Assembly (NCBI GenBank): GCA_016235665.1
Contig: JACRJI010000013.1
Coordinates: 143,095-207,094, forward strand
Length of the DNA: 64,000 bases
Direction of reading: 5' to 3'
Source of the DNA: a candidate division TA06 bacterium
GTDB taxonomy: Bacteria > Edwardsbacteria > AC1 > EtOH8
Shown here: positions 59,918 through 64,000 of the stretch, piece after piece
Layout of the letters: every line of letters starts with the position of its first letter
Position numbering within the stretch: the first letter of the stretch is position 1
The notes under the pieces: model-generated
Seen by the model: the letters and a program-made list of their open reading frames with translations, nothing else
Databases searched by the model: none
Told to the model about the DNA's origin: nothing
Position numbers and translations under genes: made by a program

Positions 59918-60673
59918 CTAAAACGAATCGTAATACGCCAGTTTCACCGTTCTGCCGATCCTGCCGGCATCGGTGTCTTGCTCTCCGTTTCTCAGGACAT
60001 TCTTCAGGTCGGCCTCCAGCATCAGGCGGTTGCTGAACAGCCAGCGCAATCCCACGTTCAGGTAGCCATAGCCTTCACCGTACTGGTCGTCGTTGAGATT
60101 GTCGTTAAATGCGCCGTCATATTCGGCCACCATCCAAAGCTCTGGGTTCAGGGATTTTTCCAAGCCAACGTAAAAATCAACTTCGTTGTCTTCGCTGTGG
60201 CGCTCTTCCAGGCTGTAGCTGGCCCCGCCGTGAAAGGCCAGGGTGCCCAGGAATTTGTAGTTCTTGCTGGCTGCGGCATAGAATCCGCGGGATTTGATGA
60301 AATAGCGGCTTCCGGCCCAGTAGCCGAATCCCTGGTTGTCAAACCCTACCGCAATGGCCGGCATGGCGTAGCTCTCGTCAAAGATGCGGTACTTGACCTG
60401 GAATCCCGGTTGGGGGTTCCAATTGATGTTGCCGTAGCCGATGATATTGTCCCCGCCGTAGGAGAAACCAAGATTAAGGCGGTCAAAAAGCCCAAAGCTC
60501 AGGCCGAACAGCAGACCGCCCACCGGCTGCATTCGCAGATTGACCGAGTATTGGGCCCGGTTCAAAGTGCCGGCGGTGGGCATGTCCACCAACTGCTCAA
60601 ACTGCAGGGCCAGACAGGGCAAAGCCGCCAGCAACAGCAGGGAAGATACAAGCAATATCCGCAATGTTTTCAT
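59918..60673 (-). CDS. outer-membrane beta-barrel protein (hypothetical)
   Basis: Signal peptide MKTLRILLVSSLLLLAALPCLA, amphipathic beta-strands, C-terminal ...LAYYDSF ending in Phe. The track ORF carries a spurious 91-codon N-terminal extension. Confidence 0.65.
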   Translation of the reverse strand: MKTLRILLVSSLLLLAALPCLALQFEQLVDMPTAGTLNRAQYSVNLRMQPVGGLLFGLSFGLFDRLNLGFSYGGDNIIGYGNINWNPQPGFQVKYRIFDESYAMPAIAVGFDNQGFGYWAGSRYFIKSRGFYAAASKNYKFLGTLAFHGGASYSLEERHSEDNEVDFYVGLEKSLNPELWMVAEYDGAFNDNLNDDQYGEGYGYLNVGLRWLFSNRLMLEADLKNVLRNGEQDTDAGRIGRTVKLAYYDSF

Positions 60674-60830
60674 ATTCCCTCTTATAAATTGTGTGTATGC
60701 TTTAGGACTATACAATATATAGTGATTATATAACAAAAATAGCCGAAAAATCAAGCAAAATCGGAAGAAAACTGGGAAACCTTTTCCCACGCTTGCACGC
60801 CAAAGCGCTTCAGCGCGCAGGCACGAGATA

Positions 60831-60878
60831 AACGAAAAAACACGAAAAAATACCATATACTTTTTATAGTGTATGGTA
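60831..60878 (-). terminator. candidate terminator of dnaE (hairpin TACCATATAC/GTGTATGGTA followed by a U-rich tract on the - strand)
   Basis: 10-bp AT-rich stem with one mismatch plus TTTTTTCGTGTTTTTT on the - strand. Confidence 0.35.
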
Positions 60879-60922
60879 AAAGAAAATGAATCCGCGTTTA
60901 TCTGCGTAAATAGTTCGACTAA

Positions 60923-60942
60923 GGCTTCGGCAGGGCTCAGCC
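60923..60942 (+). repeat. third copy of the REP-like element GGCTTCGGCAgggGCTCAGCC
   Basis: Matches the two copies downstream of xerD at 18/21 positions. Lies in the dnaE 3' intergenic region. Confidence 0.5.
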
Positions 60943-60987
60943 GCACCGCTCACTACGGCGTCCGCGTCCTATTAAAGGTGCCCTGGT

Positions 60988-63900
60988 TCAGTCGTTCTGG
61001 CCGTTGCGCTGGTAGTTGTTTCTCTTGCGGGGCGGGGCCGGGTTCCATTTGCCGCCCAGTTTAAAGTGCGGGCCCTGGAGCAGTTCGGTCAACCCGGTGA
61101 ACAACTGGTGTTCTACTTTCACTTTTATGTTCTTGGGCTTGATCTTCACCGGCAGGCCGTTCTCCCCCTTAACCGAGAATACCACCGGGCAGTTCCCGGG
61201 GTGCCCGTCCAACAGTTTGGTCAGGGCCTGGTTGAATTTCTGGTCCAATTGGTCTTCTTCCAGGGAGATCTCCAAGAACTCCACCAGTTTTCCGCTGACC
61301 TGCTCCAGCGGGAACAGGTCGGCCACCACTAATTTGGGGTATTCATTTTCCTTGGTGGAAACGCTGCCGGCCACCAGCACCAGGGTGTCCTCTTTTATGA
61401 ACTCCCGCTTGCTTTCGAACAGGTCGGCAAAGACCACTATTTCGCAGAAGCCGGTCAGATCCTCCAGGCTGACGAAGCCCATGGGCTTTGAACCTTTGGG
61501 AGTGTAGATCTTGAAGCTGGAGATCAGCCCGCCCACTATCACCTGGTCGTTGTCGTCAAGCTCGGCCAGCTGGCTGATGGTGTGGGTGGCCAGGCTTTTC
61601 AGCTCGGCGGTGTGCTTCTCCAAAGGATGCCCTGAAAGATAGAATCCCAGCGCTTCCTTCTCGTAGACCAGAAAAGCCTTGCGGTCGATGGGATGGGGGG
61701 CTTTGGCCGGAGCCGCCTGGGCCTTGGCGGCGGCCGGAGGGACTGACACGCCGGCGTCGAACATCAGGGTCTGGCCCTTCATCTGATCCTCCCGGGCCTG
61801 GGCCGCCCGGATCATCAGGTCGTCCAGCCTTTCCAGCAGGGCGGTGCGGTCGGGATCCAGGCTGTCGAAACAGCCGGCCTTGATCAGGCTCTCCAAGGCC
61901 TTGCGGTTGACCAGACGGGCGTCGGCCCGCTCCAATACCTGTTCTATGGAAACGAAATCGCCGCCGGCCTGGCGGGCCTTGATGACCGACTCCACCGCCG
62001 AGGAACCAACGTTCTTGACCACTCCCATGCCCAGCCGGATCGATCCTTCTTCCGGGGAATAGGCGTAGAGGCTTTTGTTGATGTCCGGGGGCAGGAGGGT
62101 CAGCTTGGACTCGCGGCAGTTGGCCATGAAGGCCATGGTCTTGGCGGTGTCGCCCATCACGCTGGTCAGCAGAGCGGCCATGTATTCCAAGGGATGGTGG
62201 GCTTTGAGATAGGCGGTCTGGTAGGCCAGCACCGCGTATCCGGCGGCGTGTGACTTGTTGAAGCCGTAGCCGGCAAACTTGGCCAGGGTGTCGAATATCT
62301 TTTCGGCCTTTTCCTTGGGTATCTTGTTCACAGTATGGCAGCCCTTGATAAAGGCCGGGCGGTGCTTCTCCAGGTCCTCCTGCTTCTTCTTGCTGATGGC
62401 CTTGAGCATCAGGTAGCCGGCCCCCAGGCTGTAGCCGGCCAGGGCCTGCACCGCCTGCATCACCTGTTCCTGGTAGATCATCACTCCGTAGGTGTCCCTG
62501 CAGATGGGCTCCAGCAGGGGATGCTCGAACTCGATCCTCTCCTGGCCGTTCTTGCGCTTAAGGAAATCCTCGATCAGGTCCATGGGGCCGGGACGGAACA
62601 GGGAGATGATGGCGATCAGGTCCTCGATGGAGGCGGTTTTGAATCTGACTGTCAGGTCCCGCATCCCCGCCGATTCCAGCTGGAACAGGCCGATGGTGTC
62701 GCCCCGCCGCAGCAGTTCAAAGGTAAGGGCGTCGTCGTAGGGGATTTTTTCAATATCGATCTTAACGTCCTTGGCGGCCAGCATCTCCAGGGTCTGCTCG
62801 ATCACGGTCAGGTTGCGGAGGCCCAGAAAATCCATCTTCAGCAGGCCACACTTCTCCAGCCAGCCCATGTCGAACTGGGTGGAGATGTCTCCGGTCTTGG
62901 GGCTTTTGAACAGAGGCAGGTAGTCGGTCAGCCGGCCGGGGGTGATCACCACCCCGGCGGCGTGGGTGGAGGCGTTGCGGATCCGGCCCTCCACCGCCTG
63001 GGCCACCTCTATCACTTCCACGAACCGGGGATCGGATTTTATCAATTTCACCAGGTCGGGGGTGGTCTTCAGCGACTCGGAGATGGTCTTGCCGAAGGGG
63101 ATCAGCTTGGCCAGCCGGTCGGCCTCGCTGTAGGCCAGCTTGTAGGCCCGGGCCACGTCCCGGATGGCCGCCTTGGCCTGCATGGTGCCGAAGGTGATGA
63201 TCTGGCAGACGCTGTCCTTGCCGTATTTCTCGATCACGTAGTCTATCATCCGGTCCCGCTTGTTGTCGCCGAAGTCGATGTCGATGTCGGGCATGCTGAT
63301 CCGCTCTGGGTTCAAAAAACGCTCGAATAGAAGGTGGTATTGCAGGGGATCGACGTCCGTTATCCCCAGGCTGTAAAGCACCAGGCTGCCCACCGCCGAG
63401 CCGCGGCCCGGGCCCACCGGGATCTGGCTCTTTTTGGCGTAATCCACGAAATCCTTGACCACCAGAAAGTATCCGGCAAAGTTCATCTTTTCGATGATCT
63501 CCAGCTCCCGCAACAACCGCTCCCGCTGGCCGGGGGTGGGCTGGCCGAACCTTTTGCTGAGTCCGGTCTCGGCCAGGTGCTTAAGATAAGCGTTCTGGCT
63601 GGGAAATTCCGCCGGGACATTGAAGTGGGGCAGATGCAGCTTGCCGCAGGTCAGCTGGTCCAGGGTCAGGTTGCAGCGCTCGGCTATGGCCACGGTGTTT
63701 TCCAGGGCTCCGGGAATATGTCCGAAAAGTTTGACCATCTCCTCGGGCGAGCGGAAATAAAAACTCTGGTTGGAGAACTTCAGCCGCTTCTCGTCGTCCA
63801 GGGTGGTGCCGGTCTGGATGCAGAGCAGCACATCGTGGACCTTGGCGTCCTTGGCTTCAAGATAATGGACGTCGTTGGTGGCCACCAGGCCGATCCCCAG

Positions 63901-64000
63901 CTCCTGGCTCAGGGCGATCAACCCGGGGTTGATCACCTTTTCATCCTCCATCCCGTGGTCCTGGATCTCCAGGTAAAAATCCGGCCCGAATAGGTCCTTG
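60988..64000 (-). CDS. dnaE: DNA polymerase III alpha subunit (5'-partial, continues beyond window end)
   Basis: Pol III alpha palm/fingers/OB-fold regions (HAAGVVI, GLLKMDFLGLRNLT, NKSHAAGYA). Reading frame is open through position 64000, so the PHP N-terminus lies outside the window. Confidence 0.9.
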   Translation of the reverse strand, partial: KDLFGPDFYLEIQDHGMEDEKVINPGLIALSQELGIGLVATNDVHYLEAKDAKVHDVLLCIQTGTTLDDEKRLKFSNQSFYFRSPEEMVKLFGHIPGALENTVAIAERCNLTLDQLTCGKLHLPHFNVPAEFPSQNAYLKHLAETGLSKRFGQPTPGQRERLLRELEIIEKMNFAGYFLVVKDFVDYAKKSQIPVGPGRGSAVGSLVLYSLGITDVDPLQYHLLFERFLNPERISMPDIDIDFGDNKRDRMIDYVIEKYGKDSVCQIITFGTMQAKAAIRDVARAYKLAYSEADRLAKLIPFGKTISESLKTTPDLVKLIKSDPRFVEVIEVAQAVEGRIRNASTHAAGVVITPGRLTDYLPLFKSPKTGDISTQFDMGWLEKCGLLKMDFLGLRNLTVIEQTLEMLAAKDVKIDIEKIPYDDALTFELLRRGDTIGLFQLESAGMRDLTVRFKTASIEDLIAIISLFRPGPMDLIEDFLKRKNGQERIEFEHPLLEPICRDTYGVMIYQEQVMQAVQALAGYSLGAGYLMLKAISKKKQEDLEKHRPAFIKGCHTVNKIPKEKAEKIFDTLAKFAGYGFNKSHAAGYAVLAYQTAYLKAHHPLEYMAALLTSVMGDTAKTMAFMANCRESKLTLLPPDINKSLYAYSPEEGSIRLGMGVVKNVGSSAVESVIKARQAGGDFVSIEQVLERADARLVNRKALESLIKAGCFDSLDPDRTALLERLDDLMIRAAQAREDQMKGQTLMFDAGVSVPPAAAKAQAAPAKAPHPIDRKAFLVYEKEALGFYLSGHPLEKHTAELKSLATHTISQLAELDDNDQVIVGGLISSFKIYTPKGSKPMGFVSLEDLTGFCEIVVFADLFESKREFIKEDTLVLVAGSVSTKENEYPKLVVADLFPLEQVSGKLVEFLEISLEEDQLDQKFNQALTKLLDGHPGNCPVVFSVKGENGLPVKIKPKNIKVKVEHQLFTGLTELLQGPHFKLGGKWNPAPPRKRNNYQRNGQND

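Noticed and set aside
62335-63330. 331-aa + strand ORF inside dnaE
   Set aside because: Antisense shadow ORF. dnaE homology on the - strand is unambiguous.

Overview
This is a 64 kb window from a high-GC (about 58-60%) bacterium. Four large secreted peptidases carry type-IX secretion (T9SS) C-terminal sorting domains, which suggests an FCB-superphylum / candidate-phylum lineage. Coding is dense and mostly on the + strand. The recognisable housekeeping genes are tgt, ppx, two tandem tmk-like genes, sixA, dxr, xerD, glnS, gltX, hisC, cmk-plsC-ispH-rpsA, cdsA, nadB and a partial dnaE.

The accessory content falls into five blocks:
1. A tandem array of four T9SS-sorted peptidases: a C25 gingipain-like cysteine peptidase, two M14 carboxypeptidases and an M28 aminopeptidase.
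2. A nucleotide-sugar and lipid-carrier glycosylation cluster (ugd, UXS-like decarboxylase, two ArnC/GtrB-like GT2 enzymes, two or three ArnT/PMT-like GT-C membrane transferases, and a zinc-ribbon methyltransferase).
3. A redox block: two tandem DOMON-like secreted proteins, a glutaredoxin, and a ferredoxin-thioredoxin-reductase-like protein fused to a rubredoxin.
4. An AT-rich islet encoding four paralogous ~110-aa secreted proteins. Two of them sit behind near-identical leaders with canonical sigma-54 -24/-12 elements, and paired palindromes lie upstream.
5. A second AT-rich islet inserted between gltX and glnS, encoding a DUF3800-family protein translationally coupled to an unrecognisable 167-aa protein. 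This is the best candidate for an undescribed, possibly defence or toxin-like, module.

Two short repeat families recur in intergenic regions: TTGACAGGATTTACATGATT (four copies, two of them forming an inverted pair around a 170-bp MITE-like segment) and GGCTTCGGCAnnnGCTCAGCC (three copies). No rRNA, tRNA or CRISPR array was detected by eye.
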